A DNA stretch of 64,000 bases from Planctomycetota bacterium (lineage in GTDB: Bacteria; Planctomycetota; UBA1135; UBA2386): contig OZ245006.1 in the NCBI GenBank assembly GCA_965223545.1, positions 192,001-256,000 of the forward strand, read 5' to 3'. A model generated the notes under the pieces. It worked only from the letters and a program-made list of their open reading frames with translations. It was not told the DNA's origin and did not search any database. Each line of letters opens with the position of its first letter. The first letter of the stretch is position 1. Of the stretch, positions 29,522 to 40,300 are shown piece by piece. The translations under genes were made by a program, and so were the position numbers.

Positions 29522-32500
29522 ATCGGCGCGTGCGGCGGGTCCTGTTCTGGAGCGTGTTCGTGGTCGCGGTCACCGCCGCGGTGTCGCTCTGGATGCTGCG
29601 CTCCGGCCGGCCGCTGTACTACACCGATGGCGAGCAGCAGTACTCGGCGCGCGAGCTCAGCGACGCCTCGATGCTGATCTGGGACCCTCCGCTGCCCGAA
29701 TACGAGCTGCCCGGCCCGGTGGTGGGGCGGGTCGCCGCGATGCCCGACGGGCGCCTGCTCTACGGCCGTGGCAGCAGCGCGGAGCGCACCGATTTGGTGC
29801 TGTTCGACCCCGCGCGGCCGAACGCGGTGCCGGAACGCGCGGTCGGCCTCAACAGCCGCGGCCACGACCTCGCGCCCGTGCTGCTCGCCGACGGCTGGCT
29901 GTACTTCAGCTCGGACCGGCGCGGCGGAGTGGGGGGCTTCGATCTCTACCGCGCCCGCCTGCGCGGCGGCGCGTTCGGCGCGGTCGAGGCGCTGCCCGAC
30001 TGGATCAACACCGGGCTGGACGAGGCCGACCCCGCGCCCGCGCCCGACGGCACCACGCTGGTCTTCACCCGGCGTGACCCCGGCCTGCGCGACGGCGCCA
30101 ACAGCACGCTGATGCTGGCCTCGCTGTCGGACGCGACGGCGGCGGTGCCGCTGTACGAGCCCGATCCGGAACGCGTCGACCAAGACCGCGATCCGGCGTG
30201 GTCGCCGGACGGGGTCTGCCTGTGGTTCGTGCGACAGACCGATGGTGGCCCGCTGCTGCTGCGCACTTGGCGGTTGGAAGGCACCTTCGCGCCGCCGCAC
30301 GCGCCCGCGGCGCTGCGCGCCGGCGGTCCGTTTCGCGGACCAGCACCGGACGAGTCCGGCTTCGGCCTCCGCCTGCTCAAGCCGGCCGCCGACGACTCCG
30401 CCCTGACCTATTTCGCCACCGCGCGCGAGCTCTACCCGTGGTGGGCCGGGCAAGCATGGCTCGAGCTGTTGCTGCTGATCGTCCTGCTGATCGCCCTGCT
30501 GCTGCTGTTGCTGCTGTGGCTCGGCGAGCGCTGGCGTCAGCTCGACGTGATCACCTGGTGTCTGCTGCTGTCGCTGTTCTTGCACTTCCTGGCGATGCTG
30601 TGGCTCGCCGACGTGCAGATCGTGCGGCGCTTCTTCGCCCCGGACCGCGACGACGGGGGTCTGCAGGTCGAGCTATTGGCCGACGCCGGCGCGGCGGCCG
30701 GCGGCGGACTCGAGATCCGGCAAGCGCAGCGGCAGCTGCACCGCGAGGCGCGGTTTGCCGAGCAGGCCGAGGCGCTGTCGGCAGCGGCGCCCGCCGCGGT
30801 GGTCGCCGCCACCGAGCCCCAGCCGACCGCGACGCCGGCGACGACGGCCAACCAAGAGCTGACGGCGCCGGCGGTGGAGACCGCTGCCAGCGCACTCGCC
30901 GACGCTGCCAGCGAGGAACCGCGCCACGATGGTCGCGACGAGAGCGCCGCGCTGGCCGCGCGCGCGCAGCGCGCCGAGCAGAGCGCCCACGAGGTCCAGG
31001 TCGCCCGCGCGCAGGCCGCCGCGCAGCCGCTGGCCGCGGCGCAGCCATCGGCGACGCCGGAGGCCGGCCCGTCGGCGGCGCGTGCACCGGACGGCGCCGC
31101 GCCGAGCGCGCTGCTCGAGACTCCGACCGAGACCGCGGTCGCCCAAAGCCAGGTGAGCGATACGCCCACTTCCGCTCCGCTGCGCACGGGAACCGACGGC
31201 CCGGCCGCCGCGGCGGCCGCCGTCGATCCCGGCGCCCTCGCGGCGTCCAGCGACGCGGTGCAACCGGCGCCCCGCACCCTGCCCGGCCCGCGGGCGCTGG
31301 CGGCGCAACACCGGGACGCACAGGGCCTGGCGCGGGCGACCGACACCGGCGAGGCGCCGCCCAGCACGCACGTCGCCAACTTGCCGTCGGCACCCACGGC
31401 GGCCGCCGCGCCGATGGAGGACGCGCCCCGCGAGGCGGCGCGGCACGCCGGCAGCGACGCCGCCACACCTCTCGTCGCAGGCTCCAGCCCGGCTCCGGCG
31501 CAACAATCCGCCCTGCCGCGGGCCGAGCGCGCCGCCGCGCAAACCGGCCTCCAGAGCGCCGGGCGGACCGGCGCCGCCGCACCGCAGACCGCGCTGGCCG
31601 GCGGTGCGCCGCGGGCGCGTCCAAAGCCGGAGGGGCCGGCACCGAGCGACGCCGTGCCGGTGGCGGCAGCCCCCGCGCAGCCGACCGCACTCGCCGATGC
31701 CCCGCAGGCGCAGACCGCGTCTCGCAGCGCCGACGACCGCGGCCGCGGCGCGGCACTGGCGGCCGCGCCGACCACGGTGGGGCCGCGGGCTTCGGCGTTG
31801 CCGCGGGTGAACCGGCCGGCCACGGCCGATCCCGGCGGCGCCGCGCCGGCGGCGACGGCCACGCCCCGGCCCACGGACGACCTGGCACGCGCCGGTGCGC
31901 CGCGCGCAGCGGCGGGTCCCCAGAGCACTCCACACGCGCCGGACGCCCGCCGCACGGCCCTGGTCGCGGCCGCTCCGGAACTCGCCGATGAGCTGCCAGG
32001 AGCCTCCACCCGGCCGGCAGCCGAGGACTCCACGAGCCCCGCGTTGCGCGCGGCCGTCACCGCCCTCGAGCCGCGCGGGCAGCCGCTGTCGCGACCGCCG
32101 GCGCCCCGCTCCACCGCCGGCGCGGCAGCGGCCGCGCAGCCGGCGACGCCGCCTTCGTCGCTGTTGGCGGCCGGCAGCGGTCGCCGCGGCGCCGAGGCAC
32201 CAGCCGCGGCGCACCACGCGACGCCGATGGCGACCGCGACCGGAGCGGCACCCGCAACCGAGCTGCGCGATGCCCCGCGGCCAGAGACCGCCAGCACCGC
32301 CCAGGGAGACCGCGAACAGCGCGACGCATCACGCGCCGACGCGCCCGCGTCCACCGGTCCCGTCGCCCTCGAAGAGCTCGGGCCGCGCCGGGGTGCCGCC
32401 TCGCTGGCGGCGCCGATCCGCGACGGGGCCGGAGCGGCGGCGCCCGACGCCGCCGACATCGCAGCCCCACCAGCCAGCTCCCTGGCGCGCGCCGACCGCA

Positions 32501-33951
32501 CGCGGCGGCCGGGAGCGCGCGCGCCCGCGCGCCGAGACGCAGCTCCGTCCGGGGCGCCGGCCGCGGCCGTGCCGTCTCTGCGCGATGGCCTCGACCGCCT
32601 CGCCTCGGGGCTGGGCGAGCAAACCCCACGCGAGGGCCGCGCCGACGCACGCGGCCTCAACCCGGTCGCCCTGCAGGTCGAGCGCGGTCGAGAGAGCCGC
32701 CGTGAGCCAGGACGCGCCATGCGGCGCAACGTGACGGCGGCGCGCGGCCGCGCCGGCGGGGTTCGGCCGCCGGGCTCGCTGCTGGCGGCCGCGCCGCGGC
32801 AGACGCACACCACGGCACCGCGCACCGTCGCGGCCGAGCTGCCCTCGGTCTTCGACAACCGGTTCGGGGTGAAGAAGACCGAAGCACTCGAACGCTTCGG
32901 CGGCACTACCGAGACCGAGCGCGCCGTGCAGCGCGGGCTGGCCTACCTGGCGCGAATCCAGCGCGCCGACGGTGGCTGGGGCCGGCGCGTTCCCGATGAG
33001 AAGTACGGCGACGTCACCATCGGCAAGACCGGCCTGTGCCTGCTCGCGTTCTTGGGCGCCGGCCACTTGCCGAGTGGCGACACCCGATACGCGGCCGTCG
33101 CCGCCCGCGCCGTCGAGTACTTGGTGCGCCGGCAGGACGCCCGCACCGGCGCCATCGGCCGCACTTCGTCCTACGGCCACGGCATCGCCAGCTACGCGCT
33201 CGCCGAATGCCACGCGCTCGACCCCGACCTCGGCCTCGAGCCCGTGGTGGTCGAAGCGATGCGCTGGATCCTCGCCAACCAGAATCACGGGCGCGATCCG
33301 CGCAGCCGCGGCGGGTGGGGCTACTTCTCCACCGTGCTCAGCCCAGAAGACAGCTTTGCCCGCACGTCGGTCAGCGTGTGGATGGTGATGGCACTCGAGT
33401 CGGCCAAGATCTCCGGCATTCGGGTCCCCGAGGACGCCATGCGGAGCTCCGACGCCTACCTGCGCAACCAGTGGAGCTCCAGGCGCGGCTACTTCTTCTA
33501 CAACCAGAATCCTCGCCGGCTGAGCACTGACTGGCCAACCTTGCCCGCGTCGACCCCAGCGGCCGCCTTCGCGCTGCTGCTGCGCGGTGCCTCACCGACC
33601 GAGCGCACCCTGCGCGGGGCGTTGCAGTACATCGTGCAGCGCCGACCACGGGTCTACGAGCGCCCGACCAACGACGACTTCGTCCACCGCGCCGCCGGCA
33701 ACGTCTACTTCTGGTACTACGGCAGCCTCGCCTGCCTGCTCGCGGGCGGCGACGCGTGGGAGCGGTGGAACGCCGCCCTCAAGGTGATCCTGCCCGAGGC
33801 GCAGCGCGACGATGGCTCCTGGCAGCCGATCGACCCGTACGCGGAAATGGCGCAGGACACGGATCGGGACGCGGCCTACACGACGGCGATGTGCGTGTTG
33901 AGTCTGGAGGTGTACTACCGCTACTTCACGCCGCTGTTGCAGCGCGGGTAA
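29518..33951 (+). CDS. Multidomain membrane protein: PD40/TolB-like propeller + TM hairpin with SxxxH + Ala/Pro linker + prenyltransferase/squalene-cyclase-like repeat barrel
   Basis: GTG overlaps the exbD TGA. PD40 motifs (FSSDRRGGVGGFDLY, DPAWSPDG); SLFLH helix; QW-like repeats (RGLAYLARIQRADGGW, WILANQ..GGWGY, AQRDDGSW). Confidence 0.8.
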   Translation: MNRRVRRVLFWSVFVVAVTAAVSLWMLRSGRPLYYTDGEQQYSARELSDASMLIWDPPLPEYELPGPVVGRVAAMPDGRLLYGRGSSAERTDLVLFDPARPNAVPERAVGLNSRGHDLAPVLLADGWLYFSSDRRGGVGGFDLYRARLRGGAFGAVEALPDWINTGLDEADPAPAPDGTTLVFTRRDPGLRDGANSTLMLASLSDATAAVPLYEPDPERVDQDRDPAWSPDGVCLWFVRQTDGGPLLLRTWRLEGTFAPPHAPAALRAGGPFRGPAPDESGFGLRLLKPAADDSALTYFATARELYPWWAGQAWLELLLLIVLLIALLLLLLLWLGERWRQLDVITWCLLLSLFLHFLAMLWLADVQIVRRFFAPDRDDGGLQVELLADAGAAAGGGLEIRQAQRQLHREARFAEQAEALSAAAPAAVVAATEPQPTATPATTANQELTAPAVETAASALADAASEEPRHDGRDESAALAARAQRAEQSAHEVQVARAQAAAQPLAAAQPSATPEAGPSAARAPDGAAPSALLETPTETAVAQSQVSDTPTSAPLRTGTDGPAAAAAAVDPGALAASSDAVQPAPRTLPGPRALAAQHRDAQGLARATDTGEAPPSTHVANLPSAPTAAAAPMEDAPREAARHAGSDAATPLVAGSSPAPAQQSALPRAERAAAQTGLQSAGRTGAAAPQTALAGGAPRARPKPEGPAPSDAVPVAAAPAQPTALADAPQAQTASRSADDRGRGAALAAAPTTVGPRASALPRVNRPATADPGGAAPAATATPRPTDDLARAGAPRAAAGPQSTPHAPDARRTALVAAAPELADELPGASTRPAAEDSTSPALRAAVTALEPRGQPLSRPPAPRSTAGAAAAAQPATPPSSLLAAGSGRRGAEAPAAAHHATPMATATGAAPATELRDAPRPETASTAQGDREQRDASRADAPASTGPVALEELGPRRGAASLAAPIRDGAGAAAPDAADIAAPPASSLARADRTRRPGARAPARRDAAPSGAPAAAVPSLRDGLDRLASGLGEQTPREGRADARGLNPVALQVERGRESRREPGRAMRRNVTAARGRAGGVRPPGSLLAAAPRQTHTTAPRTVAAELPSVFDNRFGVKKTEALERFGGTTETERAVQRGLAYLARIQRADGGWGRRVPDEKYGDVTIGKTGLCLLAFLGAGHLPSGDTRYAAVAARAVEYLVRRQDARTGAIGRTSSYGHGIASYALAECHALDPDLGLEPVVVEAMRWILANQNHGRDPRSRGGWGYFSTVLSPEDSFARTSVSVWMVMALESAKISGIRVPEDAMRSSDAYLRNQWSSRRGYFFYNQNPRRLSTDWPTLPASTPAAAFALLLRGASPTERTLRGALQYIVQRRPRVYERPTNDDFVHRAAGNVYFWYYGSLACLLAGGDAWERWNAALKVILPEAQRDDGSWQPIDPYAEMAQDTDRDAAYTTAMCVLSLEVYYRYFTPLLQRG

Positions 33952-33952
33952 A

Positions 33953-33992
33953 CCGCCGCGTTCGGAGGTCGGTACGCCGGCCTCGGGTGCGG
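33953..33992. terminator. GC hairpin between convergent genes
   Basis: GAGGTCGG-TACG-CCGGCCTC stem-loop with outer CCGC/GCGG pairing; no U-tract. Confidence 0.4.
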
Positions 33993-36569
33993 TCAGCGAA
34001 CCGTGTCGAAGACGACGTTGGTGAGCCGGCCTCCGCCCGTTTGGTCCACCATCAGCGCCTGCCCAAAGAACGTGCGGCCGACGATTCCCGCAGTCGCGGG
34101 GATGACCAGCAATGTGGTCGTCTGTCCAGAAACCTGCGGAATCGGCAGTGGAGGCAGGGGGCTCGCGATGGTGGGATCCAAGCCCAGGATGCCCAGACCG
34201 CCGAGTGGAATCCGAGCGGCTCGGGCGGAAAGAAAGAAGAACGCCGTGAACGGCTGCCCGACAGGGTTGTGACGGGCGTAGAAATCGACCAGGTAGCCGG
34301 CGCCCGCATAGGCACGGTCGCGTGGGACGACCTGCCGCAGTAGGTTCAGCAACAAGGGATTCCAAGCGCCGTCGGCGGCGAAGACCAGATCCGCATCCCC
34401 GTCGCCATCGAGATCCCCAGCCGCCAATCCCTCCGTTAGGACGGTGGGTACCGGCAGTCGGAAGGCCTCGTCGGTGAAGTTCCCATTACCGTCGTTGATG
34501 TACACGCGGCTGCCTCCCCGGTTGCCGACAACAAGGTCCAGGCTTCCATTGTTGTCGATGTCAACCAAGAGCATCGCCCTGGTTGTCTTTTGGTTGGCAA
34601 GCATCTGGGCGCCCGTAGCGTCGCTGTAGCGACCCTGCCCATCATTCAAGTACAACCGGTCATGTAGCGCCCCACCGAGAGTGGCGTCGAGGTCGCCGTC
34701 ACCATCGACGTCACCCAGCGCGACGCACTGGGTACCGGCCGGATTGGCCGGCAGATGCGTCGCGGTGACATCCACGAAGGAACCCCCTTGATTGAGCAAG
34801 AGGCGGTCGAGACCTCGGTTGCCAATCAGCAAATCGGGCGCGCCGTCGCCGTCGACGTCCCCGAAAGCCAAGGCGTACGTATGGTCAGCAAAGTCGGGGA
34901 GCCGCCCGATGCTGCTGTCGACGAACACGCCGGCAGCGTTCAGATACAGCGCGTTGCGCTCCCGACGGTCGTTGCCGACGACGAGGTCGAGGTCGCCGTC
35001 GCCGTCTACGTCCGCCACTGCCAGCGCCTGGGTCGAATCCGCGATCGCCGGCAGCCGCGCTGCGGTCACATCGACAAACTGTCCCGCGCCAACGTTCAAT
35101 AACAGACGGTTCTGTTGTTGCTCGTTGCCCACCAGCAAGTCTGGGTCACCGTCCTGATCGATGTCGGCGAGCACGACAGCCTGACTGTTGTCGGCACTAT
35201 TGCTCAGCGCAAAGAACGGATCATCGCGAAACCGCCCCCTCCCGTCGTTGAGATACAAGCGATCATGCCGGCCATTATTGGCGATGACTACATCCAACGA
35301 CCCATCGCCGTCCACGTCCCCCGCTGCCACCGCTCTGGATGCATCGACATCCCCAGGCAGGCTGCGGCAGGCCGTCCCCTCTCGAAAAGTGCCATCTCCC
35401 TGCCCCAGCCAAATCACAGATCCCGGGTAGTCGACCTCGATGAGGTCCAGGTTGCCGTCACCGTTCAGATCTCCTGAAGAAAAGAGATCCCCACGACCCG
35501 AACACATGAGCGGCCTTTGCGCACTACTGAAACCGCCGGTTCCGTCGCTCTCGAAATAGCTGGCGCAACCTGACGACCCCACTTTCGTGTAGTAGCTGTC
35601 ATAGATGTTGCCAAAGATCAGATCTGCGTCGCCGTCCTTGTCGAAATCCTCCATGAGGACGGTAAAGCAGAACTCACCTTCGCGGACGAGCGCGCTCGAC
35701 GCATCTGCGAACACACCGCGACCATCGTTCAAATACAAGTAGTTCGACCGCGAAAAGAACGGAAAGAGGTATGCGTCCGGATCAACGATTGCCAAGTCGA
35801 GATCGCCGTCGCGATCGACATCTCCCAACTGGACAGCGTAGGCTGTCAGAAAGAGTGACGGCATTTGCGGGGTAGCGTCCGTGAAGGCAGCAGCACCGTT
35901 GTTGAGGAACAGGCGGACGCCGCCAGAGAATCCGACCACGACATCCACATCGGAGTCTCCGTCAACGTCCCCTGCGGTCATGGAGATGGCCGAGCCCCAC
36001 GCATTCTGAGATGCCTGCGTAAACACTCCGTGACCGCTGTTGATGTAGACCCTGCCAGTACCTGCCCGACTCACCTGGACAATGTCCTGGTCACCGTCTC
36101 CATCCAAGTCACGGAAGACGAGTCCCGTAGTGTCTTCGCGCAACCGCGGGATTCGCGACGCGGTTTCGTCCCGGAAGGTGCCGCCACCTTGGTTGACGAG
36201 GAGAAGATTCTCGGCTCGGGTGCCGACAGCGATGTCGAGATCCGCATCGCCATCGATGTCCGCCATGGCAATGACCATCACGGTCGATGCTGCCTGGGCT
36301 TGAATCAGGGGAGCGTGGGAGAACACTCCGGTGCCGTCGTTCAGCGACAAGCCAAGTGTCTGCAACCATCCGGTGACGATGTCCGTATCGCCATCGCCGT
36401 CGACGTCACCGAACGCCGCTTCGAAGAAGAACGCCGGCGGGTTGTTTGGCAGCTCGAGCTCGGCGAACTGGGGCTGCGCCCACCCGGTGGACGCCAGATA
36501 CGCGAGCAACACGGGGGCAAGGACGGAAGCGGCACAACCGTTGTTCTCCGGAGTCGGTCGACTGCTCAT
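33993..36569 (-). CDS. Secreted FG-GAP/VCBS repeat protein with shared C-terminal domain
   Basis: Signal ending WAQ; many GDVDGDGDxD repeats forming two probable propellers. Confidence 0.88.
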   Translation of the reverse strand: MSSRPTPENNGCAASVLAPVLLAYLASTGWAQPQFAELELPNNPPAFFFEAAFGDVDGDGDTDIVTGWLQTLGLSLNDGTGVFSHAPLIQAQAASTVMVIAMADIDGDADLDIAVGTRAENLLLVNQGGGTFRDETASRIPRLREDTTGLVFRDLDGDGDQDIVQVSRAGTGRVYINSGHGVFTQASQNAWGSAISMTAGDVDGDSDVDVVVGFSGGVRLFLNNGAAAFTDATPQMPSLFLTAYAVQLGDVDRDGDLDLAIVDPDAYLFPFFSRSNYLYLNDGRGVFADASSALVREGEFCFTVLMEDFDKDGDADLIFGNIYDSYYTKVGSSGCASYFESDGTGGFSSAQRPLMCSGRGDLFSSGDLNGDGNLDLIEVDYPGSVIWLGQGDGTFREGTACRSLPGDVDASRAVAAGDVDGDGSLDVVIANNGRHDRLYLNDGRGRFRDDPFFALSNSADNSQAVVLADIDQDGDPDLLVGNEQQQNRLLLNVGAGQFVDVTAARLPAIADSTQALAVADVDGDGDLDLVVGNDRRERNALYLNAAGVFVDSSIGRLPDFADHTYALAFGDVDGDGAPDLLIGNRGLDRLLLNQGGSFVDVTATHLPANPAGTQCVALGDVDGDGDLDATLGGALHDRLYLNDGQGRYSDATGAQMLANQKTTRAMLLVDIDNNGSLDLVVGNRGGSRVYINDGNGNFTDEAFRLPVPTVLTEGLAAGDLDGDGDADLVFAADGAWNPLLLNLLRQVVPRDRAYAGAGYLVDFYARHNPVGQPFTAFFFLSARAARIPLGGLGILGLDPTIASPLPPLPIPQVSGQTTTLLVIPATAGIVGRTFFGQALMVDQTGGGRLTNVVFDTVR

Positions 36570-36709
36570 GGATCAGCACCTTCGAGGGAGGGGAGCGGGT
36601 GACTCCTCCCTTTGGCCCCAGACAGGCAAGGCGCTTCGCGCTTTCCCGAGTTCCTCTGCGCGTCACTGCTCTCGACGGCGACGCCCGAACGCGGCCACGG
36701 CCGCGACCC

Positions 36710-37273
36710 TCAGACCGAGATCACCTCGACCTCTTCGTCGACCTCGGTCTGGATCAGGCTCTGGATCGCGTGCAGTGTGCCGGCCACCGAGCTCGGGCAC
36801 GACCCGCAGGCGCCCTGGTAGCGGATGTGGAGGGTCTTGCCCTCCAGCGCCATCACCTCGAGGCCGCCGCCGTCGCCGGCGAGCGCGGGGCGGACGCGGT
36901 CGTCGAGCAGGTCGACGATCTTGGCCAGTAGCTCGGGATCGCCGTTGCCGGTGGGTACCGAGCCGACCGGCGCCTCGGCCGGCGCGGCGCCGGCGGGGTC
37001 GAGGGCGGGCGCCTCGGCCTCCTCGAGCACCTTGACGACGGCGTCGTGGACCGCGCGCCAGTCGGCGCTGGCCACCATGCTGACGGTGACGAAGTTGTCG
37101 CAGATGAACACCGTCTCGACGCCCTCGATGGCGAAGACCGGCTCCGCCAGGGCATCGCCCTTGGCCTCCTCGGCGCGGGCGTAGTTCTTGACGCCGCTCG
37201 CCAGCAGCTGGCCGTCGAGGACGAACTTGAAGGCGTTGGGATTGGGGGTGGGCTGGACGCTGAGGACTTTCAT
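36710..37273 (-). CDS. Nfu/NifU-family Fe-S cluster carrier (Nfu_N + NifU)
   Basis: PTPNPNAFKF N-terminal domain; VRPALAGDGG..YQGACGSCPSS. Confidence 0.9.
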   Translation of the reverse strand: MKVLSVQPTPNPNAFKFVLDGQLLASGVKNYARAEEAKGDALAEPVFAIEGVETVFICDNFVTVSMVASADWRAVHDAVVKVLEEAEAPALDPAGAAPAEAPVGSVPTGNGDPELLAKIVDLLDDRVRPALAGDGGGLEVMALEGKTLHIRYQGACGSCPSSVAGTLHAIQSLIQTEVDEEVEVISV

Positions 37274-37307
37274 GGCTCGACCGGCAATATAGGACAAGGA
37301 AACGGCC

Positions 37308-40300
37308 TCAGTGCAGGAGATCCTGAGTCGCGGCAGGGGGCGTGTTGGTGATGCGCACGGGCTTCCACAGCCCGCCCGCGCCCTGGTGGTCGACCACCCG
37401 CAGCACGAGCTGGTTGGGCCCGTCCCAGCGCACCGCGGGGGTCAGCTCGACCGCCGTGCGGACCAGCCACACGGTCTCGCCGGTGTCGGGATCGCCGTGC
37501 CGGCCGAGCTCCGTCCCGTTCAGGAACAGGCGGTACGAGTCGTCGACTCCGTCCAGCACGGCGCTGATCGGCTGGCCTTGCCAAGCGGCCGGCAGCTCCA
37601 CGGTCGTGCGGTACCAGCCGATCCCATCCGCCCCCTCGAAGCCCTGCGACTCCCAGTGCGCGCCAGCGCGCACCGCACGCCAACCGTCCTCTGGCGCCGT
37701 GCCCCCGGCCCAGCCGTCGGCCATGCCGCGGTCGTCCGGGTCCAGGCGCAGCTCCCACTCCGGCACTTCCACCGACTCGGCGACAGCCTCCGCGCGCAAG
37801 CCGTCGACCTGGACCGCGGTGAGCGCGGCCGAGGGCGGTGCCGACGCGGTGAGATAGGCGGCCAGACAGCGCTCGACGTAGCGCCCGGCGTCGGTGCGCC
37901 AATCCAGGGTCGACACCAGCAGCCGCCCGTCCCCGACCCGCGTCTCCGCGACCAGGGGGTGGAAGCCGACGTCGCGCCGGTCGTGGGTGTCCCAGACCGA
38001 GAGCAGCGGCGCGAGCCCGTCGTGCAGCGGGGCGACGTCCAGCACCCGGCCGGTCTCGAGATCGGCGGTCTGCAGCTCGCGCAGCAGCGCGGCCGGCACG
38101 TGGCGCGCCAGAGCCGGCGGCGGGGACGCGATCGCCGCGCCCCGCAGAAACCAAGTCGTCTTGCTGCGCAGGCTGTGCGACCCGCCGGCCGCGCGGTGCA
38201 GCACGCGGCCGCCCGCGTCGAGCACCGCCCACGCCGCGGCGTCGAGCGCCTCGGTGACGTGCACCGGAGCGGCCGGCGCCGGCGGCACCGCCGGCAGCAC
38301 CCACAGATCCCACGCGTTGGTGGCGTGCGAGCCCCACATCGCGCGCAGGCGCACGCGACGGGGGCCGTTGGTGGCGCGCAGCCGCAGTCGGACGACCTTC
38401 GTTTCCGACACCTCGCCGGGCTGCAGCTGCAACGTCCCGAGCTCGCGCAAGCCGCCCGGCTCACCGTCGACGCGGACGGCCAGGGTCGCCCGCAGCGGTC
38501 GCCGGCCGTGGTGCGCGACCCGGAGCGGCAACTCGACTTCGCCTTCGAAGAACGCGCGCTGCTCCTCCGGCAGATCCAGCGCGACCATCGTCGCACCGTG
38601 CCAAGCCCACTCGGCGGCACTCCACTTGGGACGGCCCAAGTCGTCCAGCAACCCCATCCGCGCCAGCGGGAAGTCGCGCACCACCGAGACGACGTAGCCG
38701 GCGTCGGGCACTGCCAGCCGCAGGCGCTCGATCTGCAGCTTGCGGTTGCGCATCGCGTAGTCGCGCGATTCGGCCACCAGCGCACGCCGCGCCCGCGGCC
38801 CGAAGTGCCGCTCGACCCACTCCTCGAAGGCCGGCTGCGCCGGCAGGCACCACGGCGCCCACCACGCATCCGCCGGCGCCTCGCGCCGCCACGCCTCGGC
38901 GTCGAACCAGGTGTCGGAGGCGATGCACTCACCGAGCAGCAGCGGCTTGTCGCCGTGCTCGTCGATGTAGGCATCGAGCTCGGCCAGCTTGCCGGCCCAC
39001 CAGCGGTTGTTGCCGTAAGGGTGGTCGTCGTAGAAGTCGTGCGTCACGCTCCACGAGATCCACGCGCTGTTGTCGTTGACCAGCGTGTTGGGCACGCGCT
39101 CGTGGCAGCGCTCGTACAGCTCGCGCAGCACCTCGTGATCGACGTCCGCCCCGGTCTCGCAGGTGAGGCTGCGGAACGCGACGCTCGGATGGCTGCGATC
39201 GTGGGCGAAGAACTCGTCGAACTCGGCACCCAGCGCTGCGCGCTGCGGCGCGGTCAGGTCGGCGTGCCAGGTCGGATACTCCTGCCACACCAGCATGCCG
39301 ATCTCGTCACACAGCTCGTAGAACGCGCGCGGCGGCACCCACAGGCAGCACTTCACCGCGTTGAAGCCGAGCGAGCGCAGGTACTCCAGCTCACCGCGCC
39401 ACGCGGCGCGGTCGCGGATCGGCGCGTAGCGCGGCGGACTGAAGCCCCAGTGCAGCACCGCGCGCAGCTGCAGCGGCACGCCGTTCCACAGCACCCGGCG
39501 ACCGTCTGCCTGCAGATGGCGGAAGCCGACCCGGCGCTCGAGCGCATCGAGCTCCACTTGGCGCGCGGCGTCGAACAGGCGCACCACGGCGCGATAGAGG
39601 TGCGGTGACTCCGGCGACCAGGGCCGGGGAGCGTCGACCTCGAGGTCGAACCGCGCCGCCGCGCCGTCGACCGCTTCTCTACGCACGGCGACGCGCTGCG
39701 CCCCGTCCCACAGCGCCACTTCGACCTCGAGCTGCGCCCCGGCCTTGCCGCGCACACAGGGCACCTCGATGCGCAGCGCATTCGCCGCGCCATCGCCGAA
39801 CAACAGCAGTCCGAAGTCGTCGATCACCGCGTCGTCGGCGACGCGCAGCCGCGGCGTGCGCCACAGGCCGCCGAAGTGCGGCTGGATCACCGGCAGGAAC
39901 CCCTGCGTGTTGTGCCCCACGTGCTCGTCGACGCGCAGCTCCAGGCGGTCGCTGCCATCGAACCGCGCGACCCCATCGAGGGCGACGCGAAACGGCGTCC
40001 ACGCCCCGGTGTGCTGCGCCAGCCGCTCGCCGTTGACGAACACTTCGGTCACGGTGGCGGCCCCGGGGCACTCGAGCCACACCCGCCGCCCCTGCCACTC
40101 GGGCCGGTGCGGCAGCGCGCGCCGGTACCAGGCGATGCCGTCGAAGGACGGCTCGAGCTGCTCCTCGAACGTGCCGGGCACCGCCGCCGGCCGGAATGCC
40201 TCGGCGGCGGGTCGCTGCCCGGGGTCGCGCTCGGCAGCGACGCTCCAACGGTCCGGCAGGGGGACCCGCTGCGGCGCGGTGGCGAGCAGCACGAGGGCGG

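Noticed and set aside
32860..33951. Calling the large protein a squalene-hopene cyclase
   Set aside because: Only one barrel with QW-like repeats, no DxDD catalytic motif, and a predicted extracytoplasmic location.
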